From NCBI RefSeq assembly GCF_030684315.1, contig NC_081356.1, forward strand, positions 28,049,197 to 28,113,196: 64,000 bases of DNA. Reading direction: 5' to 3'. The position numbers were made by a program, and so were the translations under genes. This DNA comes from Stegostoma tigrinum (lineage: Eukaryota). Positions 37,742 through 51,179 of this stretch are shown one piece after another; the stretch's first letter is position 1; each line of letters opens with the position of its first letter. Under the pieces are notes generated by a model. The model was given only the letters and a program-made list of their open reading frames with translations. It made no database searches and was not told the DNA's origin.

Positions 37742-38323
37742 GGAGATAATGGGGACTGCAGATTCCTGCACTGCCACAATGATGCCACCCGAAGGTTGCA
37801 GGAACAGCAACTCATATTCCGCCTGGGAACCCTGCAGCCATATGGTATCAATGTGGACTTCACCAGTTTCAAAATCTCCCCTTCCCCCACTGCATCCCTC
37901 AACCAGCCCAGTTCATCCCCTCCCCCCACTGCACCACACAACCAGCCCAGCTCTTCCCCTCTACCCACTGCATCCCAAAACCAGTCCAACCTGTCTCTGC
38001 CTCCCTAACCGGTTCTTCCTCTCACCCATCCCTTCCTCCCACCCCAAGCCGCACCCCCAGCTACCTACTAACCTCATCCCACCTCCTTGACCTGTCCGTC
38101 TTCCCTGGACTGACCTATCCCCTCCCTACCTCCCCACCTACACCCTCTCCACCTATCTTCTTTACTCTCCATCTTCGGTCCGCCTCCCCCTCTCTCCCTA
38201 TTTATTCCAGTTCCCTCCCCCCATCCCCCTCTCTGATGAAGGGTCTAGGCCCGAAACGTCAGCTTTTGTGCTCCTGAGATGCTGCTTGGCCTGCTGTGTT
38301 CATCCAGCCTCACATTTTATTAT
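37742..38323 (+). mobile_element. Young 5'-truncated Penelope-like element (family B) with 15-bp TSD
   Basis: TSD CAAGAAATATTGTTC at 37727-37741 and 38324-38338; encodes HCHNDATRRLQEQQLIFRLGTLQPYGINVDF; begins with about 20 bp of inverted terminus. Confidence 0.9.
38233..38260 (+). ncRNA. Minimal type I hammerhead ribozyme motif, catalytic core intact
   Basis: CUGAUGA-A-[GGGU CUAG GCCC stem II]-GAAA-CG-UC with the predicted cut after GUC; palindromic ACGU helix III as in PLE hammerheads; helix I only about 2 bp (CU/AG). Confidence 0.65.
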
Positions 38324-39059
38324 CAAGAAATATTGTTCCTCTGGTTTGCGTTGTGATTCACTGGAACACTGCAACATGCCAAGTAGACATGTGGGCGTGC
38401 GAGCAGGACGATGTGTTAAAATGACCTGTGATGGGAAGGATGGGGTCCTGCCTGTGCACAGACCAGATGTGTTCCACAAAGCAGTCACCCAGTCTGCATT
38501 TGGTTTCTCCAATGTAGAGTGGGTCACATTGGATGCAGTGAATAAAATACACAGGACTGGAGGTGATACGGGTGAAACACAGCTTCACCTGGAAAGACTG
38601 GTTAGGTCCTTGGATGGTGAGCAGGGAGGTGGTGAAGGGGGAGGGAGGTGTTGCACCTTCTGCAGTCAGATGGGATGGTGCCGTGGGAAGGGAGGGTTGG
38701 TATTGGTGGTTGTGGAATGGACCAGGGTGTCCTGGAGGAAATGATCCCTACAAAATACAGATGGGGGAGCGAGGGGAAGATGCGTTTGATGGTGGTGTTC
38801 TGGTGTTCTGCCGGAGTTGTCTGAAATGGTGGATAATGATCCTTTGAATGCAGAGGCTGGTGGGGGTGACAAGTGAGGACAAAGGTGACCTGATCAAGCT
38901 GGGAAGGGTGAGGGTGGAATCACAGGTGACAGGTCAGATGCGGTTGAGGGCCCTTTCAACCACAGTAAGGGAAGAAGGAAGCCATATCAGCAGCACTGTT
39001 TTGGAATGTTTGCAGCGGAGTTCCCCAGGGGTTATTATTGAGACACTTGCTTTTCCTGA

Positions 39060-39920
39060 TATAGAGTCATAGAGCCATACAGCATGGAAACAGACTTGAG
39101 GAAACAGTTCTGAGGAAGGGTCACCGGACCCAAAACGTTAACTGTTTCATTTTCCTTCACAGCTGCCAGACCTGCTGAGCTTTTCCAGCAACTTTTGTTT
39201 ATGTTCCTGACTTACAGTATCCGCACTTCTTTTGGTTTTTATGGAAACAGACCATTTGGTCTAACCAGAGAATACCACTTATGTTCCCAATCTAAACCAG
39301 TTCCACCTGACTGCGTTTGGCCCATATCCCTCCAGACCTTTCCTCTTCATGAACTTATCCAAATGTCTTTTAAATGTAGTAACTGTGCCTGCATCCATTA
39401 CTTTCTCTGGCAGTTCATTCCTCACATGGGCTACTCTCTGTGTCAAAACAAAGTTGCCCCTCATGTCCTGTTTAAACCTCACCTTAAAAATATGCCCCCT
39501 AGTTTTGAATTCTCCCACCCTGGGGAAAAGACCATTGTCATTCACCTTATCTATGCCCCTCATGATTTTACAAACCTCAATAAGGTCACTCCTCACTCTC
39601 CTCTGCTTCAATGAAAAATCTTTTCCGCAGGGTGGAAATGACTGTTGCGAGGGGGCACAATTTTAAGGTGATTGGAGGAAGGTATAGGGTTGATGTCAGA
39701 GATAAGTTCTTTACACTGAGAGTGGTGGGTGTGTGGAATGCGCTGCCGGTAATGGTAGTGGGATCAGGTAGTTTAGAGATTTTTAAATGATTCTTGGATA
39801 GGCACATGGAGGATAGTAGAATGTAGGGTATACAGGGCAGATTGATCTTAGTAGGATAAAAGTTTGGCACAACATCATAGCCCAGAGGGCCTGTACTGTG
39901 CTGTTATGTTCTGTGTTCCA
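39060..39920. mobile_element. Two CR1 3' fragments in opposite orientation (about 39060-39610 -, 39610-39920 +)
   Basis: ORF 39279..39611(-) RRVRSDLIEV...TQRVAHVRNELP; plus strand DVRDKFFTLRVVGVWNALP. Confidence 0.8.
39096..39240 (+). mobile_element. Short PLE terminal insertion (family A) with 12-bp TSD
   Basis: TSD ATGGAAACAGAC at 39084-39095 and 39241-39252; CTGAGGAAGGGTCACCGGACCCAAAACGTTAACT. Confidence 0.85.
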
Positions 39921-39999
39921 GAAGTCCCAGCCTTTTCAGTAAATTTTTATAACTCAAACCATTCATTGCCATTTCTCTGAAAATTTGGAAAAATTGTGA

Positions 40000-41130
40000 A
40001 CAGTGCAAAACTGCAGAAGGACATTGACAAGTTGGTGGAGTGGACATGTTCAGAGCAGGGAACTATGAGGTGATGCATTTTGGTTGAAGAACATTGAAAG
40101 AATTGTACTCACTCTTCTATGTTGCCTAAGACAGTTTCAGAAGCACAGGACTTAGGTGTAAATGTGCACAGATCATTGAAAGTGGCAGGACAGGTAGAGA
40201 GAACAGGTAGGTAAAGTGAAGTAACTGCACAGAGGCCGTGATTCCATCAGCAAGTCACTCTTTATTTACATGGCCCAGGTTAACAACCCCAATCAACGAC
40301 TGTGTAGTTAATGAGGTCAACCTGGTTCCAATCACTACATAGAGCTTACAGTATCCTTGGCTTTATTCAAGGCAGTGTAGTATATAAGAACAAGGAGATT
40401 ACATTAGACTTGTATAAGTCTTTTTTAGACCTTAGCTGGAGTACTTTTTACTGTTCTGGATGCCATACTATAGGAAGGATGTGAACACACTAGAGAGAAT
40501 GCAGAAGTGGTTTACGAGAGTGGTTCCAGGAATGAGGAACTTCAGTTATGAGGGTAGATTGAAGAAGTTGGGACTGCTTTACTTGGAGAATAGAAGGTGA
40601 AGAAAATATTTTAGAGGTTTTCAAAAGCTTGAGCGGGCTGGATATTGTAGGTGCGGAGAAAATGTTCTCGACAAAAGAACAAGAATAAGAGGGCGTAGAT
40701 TTCAAGTAAAACAAAGCACTACGGATCCCAGAAATCTGAGACGACAATAGAAATTGCTGGAGAATCTCAGCAGGTTTGGCAGAATCTGTGGAGAGAAAGC
40801 AGAGTTAATGTTTCGGGTCCAGTGACCCTTCCTCCAAACTTCAGATTTAAAGTGATCTGCAAAAGAAGGAAGAGTGAAGTAGGAAAAACGTTTTTCCACT
40901 CTTAAGTGGTTAGGGTGTAGAATGCACTGCCTGGGTTTGTAGTGGAGGCAGGTTGAACTGAGGCGGTAAAGTGGGCATTGGATGATTGTTTGGATAAAAG
41001 TAATGTGCAAGGGCTAGGGGAAAAGACCAGGAGTTCGGCAGTAGGCAATGATACTGATCTAATGAGCGAGTGCCAGCATGACGGACCAAATGCCCTCCTT
41101 CTGTGCCGTAACATTCTGTCATTCTGTGAT
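40000..41130 (+). mobile_element. CR1 3' fragment with nested PLE terminus (40708-40842, -)
   Basis: KLQKDIDKL, RP.LEY..FWMPYYRKDV motifs; the insertion is flanked by AGATTTCAAGT (40697-40707) and AGATTTAAAGT (40843-40853). Confidence 0.75.
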
Positions 41131-44100
41131 CCATTTACATATGTAACACTCTCAAAGAATTCCAGTAAATTGGTTAAATATGATTTCTATAACTGTCATT
41201 ATTTTTCACAAAATCATGATGATGCTTAGTCTCGCTGGGTCAATCGTAAGTTTTATTTTTTTCTCTTGAGTTAAAGTGGTGGTCAATCACTGAACATGGT
41301 CACATGAGGCTACAATTGCATTTTAATGAAAGACATACATTTATTACACACAAAAAATTGTTTTATCTATGCATAAAATTTCGAACAATCTAAAAATGAA
41401 CAGCAAAAAGAAAAGTTCAGTAATTTTCCCAGCAATAACCTTTTCAATCCAGGGAAGTATCTTTACTTTAAGATTTCTTACCAACTGACTTTTTTTCTGA
41501 ACATTCAACGACCTGTATATTTCTCCCAGAGACATGTATACGCAGACTAACACACTAACTGTTTCTGATCATGCTCCTTGGACTACTGAACAAGCTCAAA
41601 TCTTTTTCTCACCTCTCATGGTTTGGAGAATGCTTTCCAACCCTTGTATCCTGGAGGCTTCTTTAAATCTGAAACCTGCCCCTTTGCTGGCCTGTTTTCA
41701 ATTCTTCTGAACTCCCAATTTTGAGTCAGCCTTTGGGTGAATGGGAGCTTCGGTGATACAGAGAGAGTTGGGGTGAGGCAGTGAGCAGCTAGTGCGTAGA
41801 AAGAATTCAGATTTTTTTAGCTAAAAGTTGTGATTAACTTTTACAAGAGATCAACGATTACTTGAGCATGTATGGTATGTGCAATAACACAGAGACCAAA
41901 ACTGTACATACTACTCCAGGTGTGGTCTCAACAAAGCCCTGTAAAATTGTGGCAACACTTCAGTTTGTGCTCAATCCTGACATGCTTTTGTCTTCCTATG
42001 CTGTCCCTGTATTCCCTGTCTGTATAAAGCCATGTTCCTCTAAGCTTCAATATTTACACATTTCATGCCTTTTAAAACATGTTTTCCTTTTTTTATTCTT
42101 GTCAGATTGAATAGATTAACACTCTCCCACAATATACTGCAAATGCCGCATTGTTGTCCCCTCAATTAACCTGGTTGTACCTCTCTACAGCTTGTTTGTG
42201 TCCTCTACACAACTTGTATCCACTTTGTTTGCTTAGCAACCTTAGGTACGCCATCGCTGGCATTTCTTCTAAGTCATAGATGTACCTGTAGATGATAAAT
42301 TGTTGAGGCTGCAGCATGGATCCTTGCTGCACACCACTGGTCGCAGAAAATGTCCCATTAATCCCTTAAACCGAGGCCTCATCTTTTCTCACAAGTGGCC
42401 ACAGAGGACCCCATGTTCAGTACTTCAAAGAAGAATCTTCCTAGAACTGCCCGTATTTGAGCCAACCAGAGAGCATGTTGTACTAGGCCTGGCACTGTGA
42501 AGACACCTCTGGGTAGCAGAAACCATAATATGATTGAATTTTGAGATGAATGGATATGGCTAAAATTAATTAGTAAATTGAAATGTATAAAATAATTGGA
42601 GACTTAACAGGGTAGATGTGGAAAGGTTGTTTCCCCTCATTGGAGAGTCTAGGACCAGAGGCATTATCTCAGAGCGAGGTGTTTCAGACAGAGATGAGGA
42701 AGGTTTTTTTTTGCTCTGAGGGTATTAAATCTGTGGAATTCTTTACCACAGAAGGCATTAAATAACTTCAAGGCCAAGATAGACAGATCTTTAGTCAGAA
42801 AGGCAACCAGAGGTTATGGCGTAAATGCAGGAAAGTAGAGTGAAGAATATTCTGATCAACTCTGATCCCTCTTACTGACTCCCTGCTCACTCGCTTCCCT
42901 GGTGTGAACAAGGACTGAGGAGAAGGTCAGCGAGATGGAGGTAGTGATCAGAGAGAGCTGTGAGCCAAGGTACTTGTATGAGTCACAGTCCAATAAAGTT
43001 TACTAGATTTTGGCTTCAGTCACCTAGATGTATGTTTCTGTCCAAGATATCTGCCATCCTGACTGAGATTTAGAGCAGTCCTCTCCCTTTATCTTTGTAG
43101 AATCAAAATGTGAAATTCTGGACATACCGCTGCTGTCAGAGTACTAGAACTGCAGAGGTAAGAACAGTTCAGGGCGAAGGCTCAATTAAGCATAGACAGT
43201 AGATCCTGAGAACAGTTCAGTAAAATTCTGTATTGTCCATTGAAATGTTTTCATTTCATTGACATGAAGTGAGTGTTTTACATATTTTGATAACATTATT
43301 TTAGCTGCAATTGCCTGAGCTTTACTGTCACTGGGTCACATCCTGGACCTCCCTTCCTTATAGAACCCTGGGTGTTCTGACATCCCATGGACTACCACAG
43401 TACAAGATGACAACTGTCTAGAGGACAATTAAGAATATGCAATAAATACTGGCCCAGCCAGTGACTGTCGCATCCTACCAACAAACAAACAAAAAGGATG
43501 GTTTAGATTGTTATTTGTAAACCATCTGTTTCCACCTCCAAAACATTACCTGTTTCCACCCTGAGGTCAGCTCACCTGCCACTATTATGTCTACCAATTC
43601 CTGACTGCCTTTCACCATCTGTAAATCTAAACGCTTCCATAACTTTGACTGTCCTATGTTGCATGAGCCAGCATTCTCCCACGGCCCACTGTGCTCACTG
43701 ACCTACATTGATTACCAGCCCAGAAACACCTCAGTGTAGGATTCTGATTCTTGCCTGTAGATCCATTGTAGACTTGTGCTTTCTCTGAAATCTTCTTCAG
43801 CCCTGCAACCACCTAGATTTCTGCACTCCTTCACTTCTGTCCTCTTGTCTTTGATAACATTCCAGTGACATGCCTTGGGATGTTTTAGTGTGTTAAAGGC
43901 ACTGTACATGTGCATGTTGTTATTGGAGCAGAGCAGTGAATTCTCCGAATTTGAAGAGCAACTTGCTTTTCTGTTGAGTTCAAGAGGAAGACTGATGCCC
44001 CTGATAACCATCACAGCAGTGATTGCAAGTCGAGCCAAAATTACAATCCATTGGAACAAACTTCAGGCCCTTTATTGCCTTTCCATGCGTTTTTAAAATT

Positions 44101-44424
44101 TCTGCTTTTCATTCTGATGATCAGTTCTGTCTTCAGTGATGCAGTCTGAAACATTAATTCACTTGACTGTGTACAAGATCTGATTGTCTGAAGCTGTAGA
44201 AACCATCCATCTGCAGATCTCAAACCTAATTCTATCTCCCAGTGTTGAGGGCACCCCAGTGTTGCTGCCTGAGCTCCAAGCTCCCTGCAGGACTAGGATT
44301 CTACTTAAACCATTGGATCATGGAATTAAGGAAAAAGATATTAGTCAGGAAAGACCACCCCTACCCTTCTTTGAAATAGTGTTGTGAAATATTTTACCTC
44401 CATCTACAAATCAAACTAGTCTCT

Positions 44425-45670
44425 TATAACATAGAAGATAGAGCATAGAACAGTACAGCACAGGAACAAGCCCTGTGGCCCACTGTCTTTATGCTGACCA
44501 TGATGCTACTGTAAACTAATCCTATCTGCCAGCACATGATTCATATCCTATTTTCTGGCTGTTAATGTACCTGACTAAATGCCTCTTTCTATCTGCGTCT
44601 ACCACCTTCCCTTGCAGTATGTTCCAGGCACCTACCAGTCTCTGTGTAAACAAAAAACTCACCTAGCTCCTTTAAATGCTTCCCCCACCCCCCTCACCTT
44701 AAGCCTATGTCCCCTGGTATTGATATGTCCACCCTTGGGCAAAAGACTCCACTATCAACTGTATCCAAACCCCTCATTGTTTTATACACTTCTATCAGGT
44801 TGCCCCTCAGCCTCTAATGCTCTGCGAAAACAATCCCAAGTTTGTCCAACCTCTCCTTACAGCTCATGTACTCCAATCCAGGCAGGATCTTGGTAAACCT
44901 CTTTCGCATCTTCTCCGGAGCATCCTCATCCTTCTTAAAGTGTGGTAAACAGAACTGCACGCTGTACTCCAAATGTGGCCCAACTAAAGTCTAATACAGT
45001 TACAACATGACTTGCCAACTTCCATATTCCATGCCCTGACTGATGTAGATAAGCATACTGTATGTTTTCTTTACCACTTTATTCACTTATGTTCGTACTT
45101 TCAGGGAGCTATGGACTTGCACCCCAAAATCCGTCTGTACATCAATGTATCTAAGGGTCCTCCATTTACGGTATACTTTCCTGTTACATTTAACCTCCCA
45201 AAATGTGTCACCTCCCACTTGTCCCAATCCATGTGCCATTTTTCTGCCTAATTTTCAAGCTGATCTATATCCTGTTGCATCTTTTGATATCCTCCCTCAC
45301 TATCCGAAACTCCACCAATTTTTATATGTTTGCAAATTTTATTAATAAGACTATGTACATTTGAGAATGTTCTGAGGAAGGGTCACCGGATCGGAATGCC
45401 AAACCTGCTGAGCTTTTCCAGCAACTTCTGTTTTTGTTCCTGCTTTAGCATCTGCAGTTCTTTTGGTTTCTGTCTAAATTTATGTTGAAATCTTTTATAT
45501 GTATATATGTTACAACAACAAAGGTCCCAGCACTGATCTTTGCAGAACACCAATGACAACCGGCCTGTGTCAGAAAAACACCTGTCCACAACTATCCTCT
45601 GTCTTTTGTGACCAAGCCAGTTTTGTATCCTAGTTACCAATTTACTGTGGATGTCATGACCTTCTCACCT
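44425..45670 (-). mobile_element. CR1 3' fragment with nested PLE terminus (about 45365-45475, +)
   Basis: Tail ATAGAACAGTACAGCACAGG; ORF 45383..45640 IQNWLGHKRQRIVVD. Confidence 0.8.
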
Positions 45671-48600
45671 TCTCATTTTAATGTCTCAACTTAGGCTTCC
45701 ATCTTCAACACTGCAGCACTCCCTTGGCATTGTCCTCCACACAGTGCTCAATGATTTAAAAAAAAATCAAGGGAAATGAGACAAGAAAGTAATAAGAAAT
45801 AAAGGTGGATCATGACTCTATTAATTTTCTGCTATGCCCTCTCGGAGTTGTCGTTGAGATGGTGATTTAACTGCGGAGGTCGGACATTGAGTTGTCTCTA
45901 ACCTGGTTAACCATGAGGTGGGGAGATGCACAAGCCCAATCTCATTTGCAACTGATAGCCTCGCTATCTCTGAATAGGTATCAACTGGGTTTGAATCGTG
46001 GGGAGGACAGTTGTCAGCACCAACACTGTACCCTGACCATAGTGAGGGAAATCAGCAGCTTTGTCTGGGGATCAGAATTGTTTTTGAGTTGATTAATGTT
46101 TAGATGGAGACCTGGTGTTAATGCTTTCCCCTTATTAGACTTGATATTCTCTCGAACAAGTTCTAACCTTCCCCCAGACACTCTTTTTGATCAAACTGCA
46201 AAGGTCTGGTCTCCAAATAGGATGTAGAAGCACAGGTGAGACTGTGAGCATATTGTTACAGAACGAAAATGCCAAAACTGAAATATTTATAAAGAAAGTT
46301 TGGATGGGCTGGAGGTGTCTTTTCTCCAATAAAAAGATGGCTGAGGAGTGAACTGATGGGGCCTTTGAGTATATGAGGGATAGGGATGTTTCCATTTGTG
46401 GGGAGGATGAAAACTGGGGTCACTAACTGTGAGATGGACACTGATGAATTCCAAAGGAATAAGTGGGTTTTTGGTCTTTGCCCAGACAGTGGTGAAAATG
46501 TATAACATATGTAGCAAATGCAGCAATTAAAGAGTATTTTAAGAGGAAGCATAGAAAAAAAACATGAGAGGGAAAGGGATATAACGATGTGTTAATAGGG
46601 TGGGAGGAAGCTTGTGTGGAACATGGTACAGGTTTTAAAGTTTTTCCAAAAGAGAGAAATTCAGAGGGGAAAAAAAAGTTTTTTACACCGTGAATGATCC
46701 AGGTCCGGAGTGCACTGTGTGGAAGTATGATGGAGGCAGATTCGCCTGAGGCCGTTCAAGAGGGCATTGGGTGATATTAGTTATTTATATAGAAACAATG
46801 TGCAGAGTTAAGGGGGAATAGAGGAGACTGGCATGCAGTCAAAATGCTCAGAGAGCCAGTGTGACATGATAGGCTGAATAGCCTCCTTCTGCTTTGTGAC
46901 AATTCTCTGTAATATGAGGCCTGTCTCACTGTTTCACTGGGAAACAGTGCGAGTATCTGTTTCTAATTGTCTGTTTTGGGCCATTGGTAGAGAGATCCAG
47001 TTTTGTTTGCACAATGGTCACTTGTAATCTTCTCCTGGAGTTAGTTCTTCCTTCTGAAGCCAGCCCTGTGAGTACTTGCATTGAAATTAAAAGGTTTATG
47101 TGAAATGTTTTCTTGGGTGAGAATGCCACTGGCAAGGCCAGGATTTATTGTCCATCCTTAATTGCAGTTGGGAAAATTTTAATGATCTGATGCCTTGAAC
47201 TGCTCCAGTTTATCTGTTGTAGCTACACACACTCAGGGCAGCTAAAGAGAGTGTTCCAGGTTTTTGCCTTAGCCACAGTGAAAACATATCAATGTATTTC
47301 CAAGTCAGAATGGTATGAGAGTTAGAAAACCTGCAACAGACTGTGTTCCCATACATCTGCTGCCCTTGACCTTCTAGGTGGTAAAGGTTGAGAGTTTGGA
47401 CAATAATGTCAGAGGAGTCTTGTTGAGTTGTTACAGCGAATCTTGTAGATTCTAGCTGTGTGTCAGTGGCCAAGAGAGTCAATATTTGGTGGTTGAGGTG
47501 CCAATCCAGGGTATTGCTGTGCCCTGAATAGCATCAAGTTTCTTGTGTGGTTGGAGCTGCAGTAGAATTACATAGACAATTATCACTTACTTTTCTTAAT
47601 CTTGAGAAGTGTTTGAATATAACACTTGATCGTTCAATAGGGCACTCTGTATAAAGGATAATTTATCCAGGAGTGTCCCATCTCTCTTTAGAAATCTGGA
47701 ATTGTTAAAGGAAGAAACCTAAAAAGTGGATAAGGTGGATTGAGGGATATAATTTACTGGAAATACTTGATAATGTTGTGAGATTTTGAAGGAACATGCC
47801 CAGAGTTAGCTGTGCCTGAGTGAATTGAGCTCTTATCTGTGAGGTGGGAATGTAGTGTTATATAAAGTAGTAGTTCTGCATGTGTTAATGTTGGAGACTG
47901 AATTAAGCTCCACACAATCTGCTGTTAAGCAGTTTTGGGTAAGGAAAAAGGAGAGTAGCTTCGATCTCAATGGAGACAGGGTCTCCAGGATAGTCTTAGT
48001 TATTATGCCTAATTAGCTAATATCTCCAAGTTTGAGGATTAATCTCCAGGACACTACTGGGAGCAGCAATACTAAGGATATTAAAATCAATTGGGACTTT
48101 TCCCATTTACTTTGAAGGACAGTAACAACATATATTTATAGAGTGACCTTAATATAATGAACTGTCCCAAACTGCTGTGCAGCAGCATTGTAAAATAAAA
48201 GTTTGACACCGAACCACGTTACGGAAATACTTGATGTCTGGTCAAAGAGATCCATTTTCAGGAGTGTCTCAGTGGAGGAAAGTGAGGTGGAGTGATAATG
48301 AAATGTAGGATTAGCATTCCAGAGATTTGGGTTTAGGAGCAGAACCTGTTGGGGGGGAATGGTGGAGTGGTTACAATTAGGATGCTTAATAGAACAAAGA
48401 AATCTCGGGAGACACCATTAAGGGATTTGAAACAGTGAATATTAAAATCAAGACAGTAGTTGACTGGGAACTAACGTAATTCAGTGAGAACAGGGATGAT
48501 AAGGGAAACAGGACTGTGATTTGAGATACAGCCAAGACAGTTTTGAATAACCTCAAACTTGCGGAGGGTAAAATTTGGAAGGGCGGCCTTGAGGGCTTTG

Positions 48601-49649
48601 TAATAGTCAAGTTTCAAAGTAATAAATAGACAGATGAGTGATTTATTGAAGACAGTTACCTTCAGGTTTTATAACTAGAATAAAAATGGAGAGGGAATAA
48701 AGACTAATAAACAAGGAATCATCCTAAGTCTGCTGGCGACTGTGTGTGGGGAGACAGGAACAGTGAAGTTGGACATTATAGATGATTGAGATGGGTGTTA
48801 GAGGGTGGAGGGCCAGCTGGAGGTAGAGGTATTGATACTCCTGAAAGCATGTAACCAGATTTGGCAACTGGATCTACCAAGAATGTATCTTGGCCGTAGT
48901 AGGGTGAGACAGTTGTGGCACAGCGTGCTATTACAGGCAATGGGGAGTAGTTTAACTAAGTGCCGAGATGCACCTTGAGGGCATGAGACAATAAGCCAGA
49001 ACTCGGTTCTTTCAAATTCATTGTAGGAAAAAAAAACAAAATATGAAATTGTTACACCTTAGGCAAAGCTGGAACAGAATACTGGAGATTCCTATCAAAA
49101 TCAGTTAATGCCAAATCAATTCTGCTCTTGGAAAGGGAACTATAGCGTAATCTGTTAAGATTGAGTTTGAATGTTACAAAGATAGACGATCAAATGACAC
49201 TCGCTCAAGTTGGGCTGCAGTCATGGGAATGGCATTTCTGGAATGCCACTGGTCAGGGTTGAATAATGCCTGCGATAGTGTTACATTGATATCCTGAGCC
49301 TTTGTTTATTTATCTTAGTGATCATGGAGAAGTTTCAACATGCTGTCTTATTTGACATTATACCTGTAGTTAGCTACTTCCCTAACTCAGTTGATGAGTT
49401 CATAACAAGGCCTATAATTCTCTGAGATCTCTGTGGTCCTTTAACACCTCTGGAACAGTTCCAATTTCAATTGGATGATAGTTGTGCCTTCAGCTGCCCG
49501 GGCCTTAAACTCTTGATCTCATTTCAGCGAGGAGAGCAGCATGGGATCTATGCCTGTGGAGTGCAGGAAATCTCTGATCATCATGATTAAGTTTGGCTAT
49601 TTTACAGAGTGGCCTACTTGTTCAAAGTTTTGTGGGAAAGGAAATAGTT

Positions 49650-50160
49650 TGCCATGGTGAAACCACATCTGGAACAGTGTATGCAGCTTTGATCTCCTTA
49701 TTTAACAAAAGGATATTAATGCATGGGAAGCAGTGCAGAGAAGATTGATGCAACCCCTCCCCACACCCTCCCTTGGGATGAAGGGTTTACCTTGGGGTGG
49801 TTTAGAAGAACCTTAAGTGAACGTAGTGAAACATACAAGCTCCTGAGGGAACTTGACAGGATGGATACTGAGAAGGTGTTTGCCCTTATAGGAGAAAGTA
49901 GAACTAGTGACCAACTCTAAAACCAAGGGATCTCACTTTTAAGATGGAGGTGAGAAGAATTTATTTTCAGAGGGTGATTAGTTTGTGGAATCCTCTTCCC
50001 CAGAGAGTACTGGAAGTAGGGTCATTGAATAATTTTAGGGCTGTCGTCAGTAGATCCTTGATAGATAAGGGAGTTGTAGGATGAGGCAAGAAAGTGGGAA
50101 AGAAAACCACAATCAGATCAGCCTTGATCTTACTGAATGGTAGTTGAATGGCCCACTCCC
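49650..50160 (+). mobile_element. CR1 3' fragment
   Basis: VKPHLEQCMQL; ETYKLLRELDRMD..F.LIGESRT. Confidence 0.65.
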
Positions 50161-50229
50161 ACAGCTAATGTATATATACATACGTACATTTGTTCTGCGT
50201 CTTAGAGCAGATTGGTAAACATAAGTCAT

Positions 50230-50645
50230 GATCTGCATTTCTAAAGCACTTCTCAGGAGTTCAGGACATCTCAAAGCACTTTGCAACCAATGGTGTATTT
50301 TTTGAAGTGTAGTCATTGTTGGACTGTACGAGACACAGCATCCAGTTCACACGTAGCAAGTTCCCACAAACAGCAATGAGCTAATGACCCCAGATCATGA
50401 GATTTTCAGTGATATTGATTGAGGATAAATATTGGCCGAAATTCCAGAGAGAACTCCCCCACTCTCCCTTTAATAGGCCATGTAATTGTTTATCTTCATT
50501 GCCTTTAATGTCTCATTCAAAAGACAGTAACTCTTGCAGTGCAGCGCCCCCTCAGTATTGCACTGGGAGTGTCAACTACAATTTGTGTGTTCAAGTCTTT
50601 GGAGTGGGGCTTGACCCAGGACCTGTTGACTTAAAGGCAAGAGAA
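50230..50645 (-). mobile_element. Deu-domain SINE
   Basis: TGCAGTGCAGCGCCCCCTCAGTATTGCACTGGGAGTGTCA (reverse Deu core); GATTGAGGATAAATATTGGCC. Confidence 0.7.
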
Positions 50646-51050
50646 CTGCTCGTTGTCAGCTGCCCCTCAGTTTGAGGTAATATCTACGCAGGGTTGCAGG
50701 TTCCTGCCATGAGTCTTCATGAGACTGAAAAGACCAATTCAACCCACAGTTGGGTGCACAGGACAGGATTTCCCACAAGGTGCTAGGAACCACAGTACAG
50801 GATTTGCATCCTTTGCTTTCCTTGTCTGCTGCTGCTCTGCCTCATCAGCAAAGTGTTTGGAATTGGTGATGCAGTTTGATGTACAAATTGTTGTCGCTTT
50901 GAACTGTTAATAGAAATCTCCTCCCAGTCATTAATCTGAATGCTCCCAAGCTTCAGGAAGATCTTCAGAGGGACTTGATAGTGCCTTCCCTGTCTTCCCC
51001 AATCCAGGCCATCTGAAAGTTGAAAAGAAAGCTGGATCTGGTAGGGAAAT

Positions 51051-51179
51051 AAAAACCAAAAGAACTGCGGATGCTGTAAATCAGGAACAAAAACAAAGTT
51101 GCTGGAAAAGCTCAGCAGGTCTGGCAGCATCTGTGGAGGAGAAAACAGAGTTAACGGTTTGGGTCCAGTGACCCTTCCC
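51051..51179 (-). mobile_element. Short PLE terminal insertion (family A) with 13-bp TSD
   Basis: TSD CTGGTAGGGAAAT (51038-51050) and CTGGTGGGGAAAT (51180-51192). Confidence 0.85.

Larger units (their letters stand above)
37350..39020 (-). mobile_element. Penelope-like element (family C), host of a nested PLE
   Basis: ORF 38358..38588(-) VYFIHCIQCDPLYIGETKCRLGDCFVEH (GIY-YIG-type endonuclease); terminal CTGATGA motif at 37421-37451(-). Confidence 0.8.

Noticed and set aside
37877-37990. CRISPR-like or other spaced repeat array
   Set aside because: Contiguous 39-bp tandem units without unique spacers, inside a eukaryotic retroelement
40217-40340. Possible solo-LTR remnant (TG...CA) within a CR1
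   Set aside because: Too short and degenerate, with an imperfect TSD
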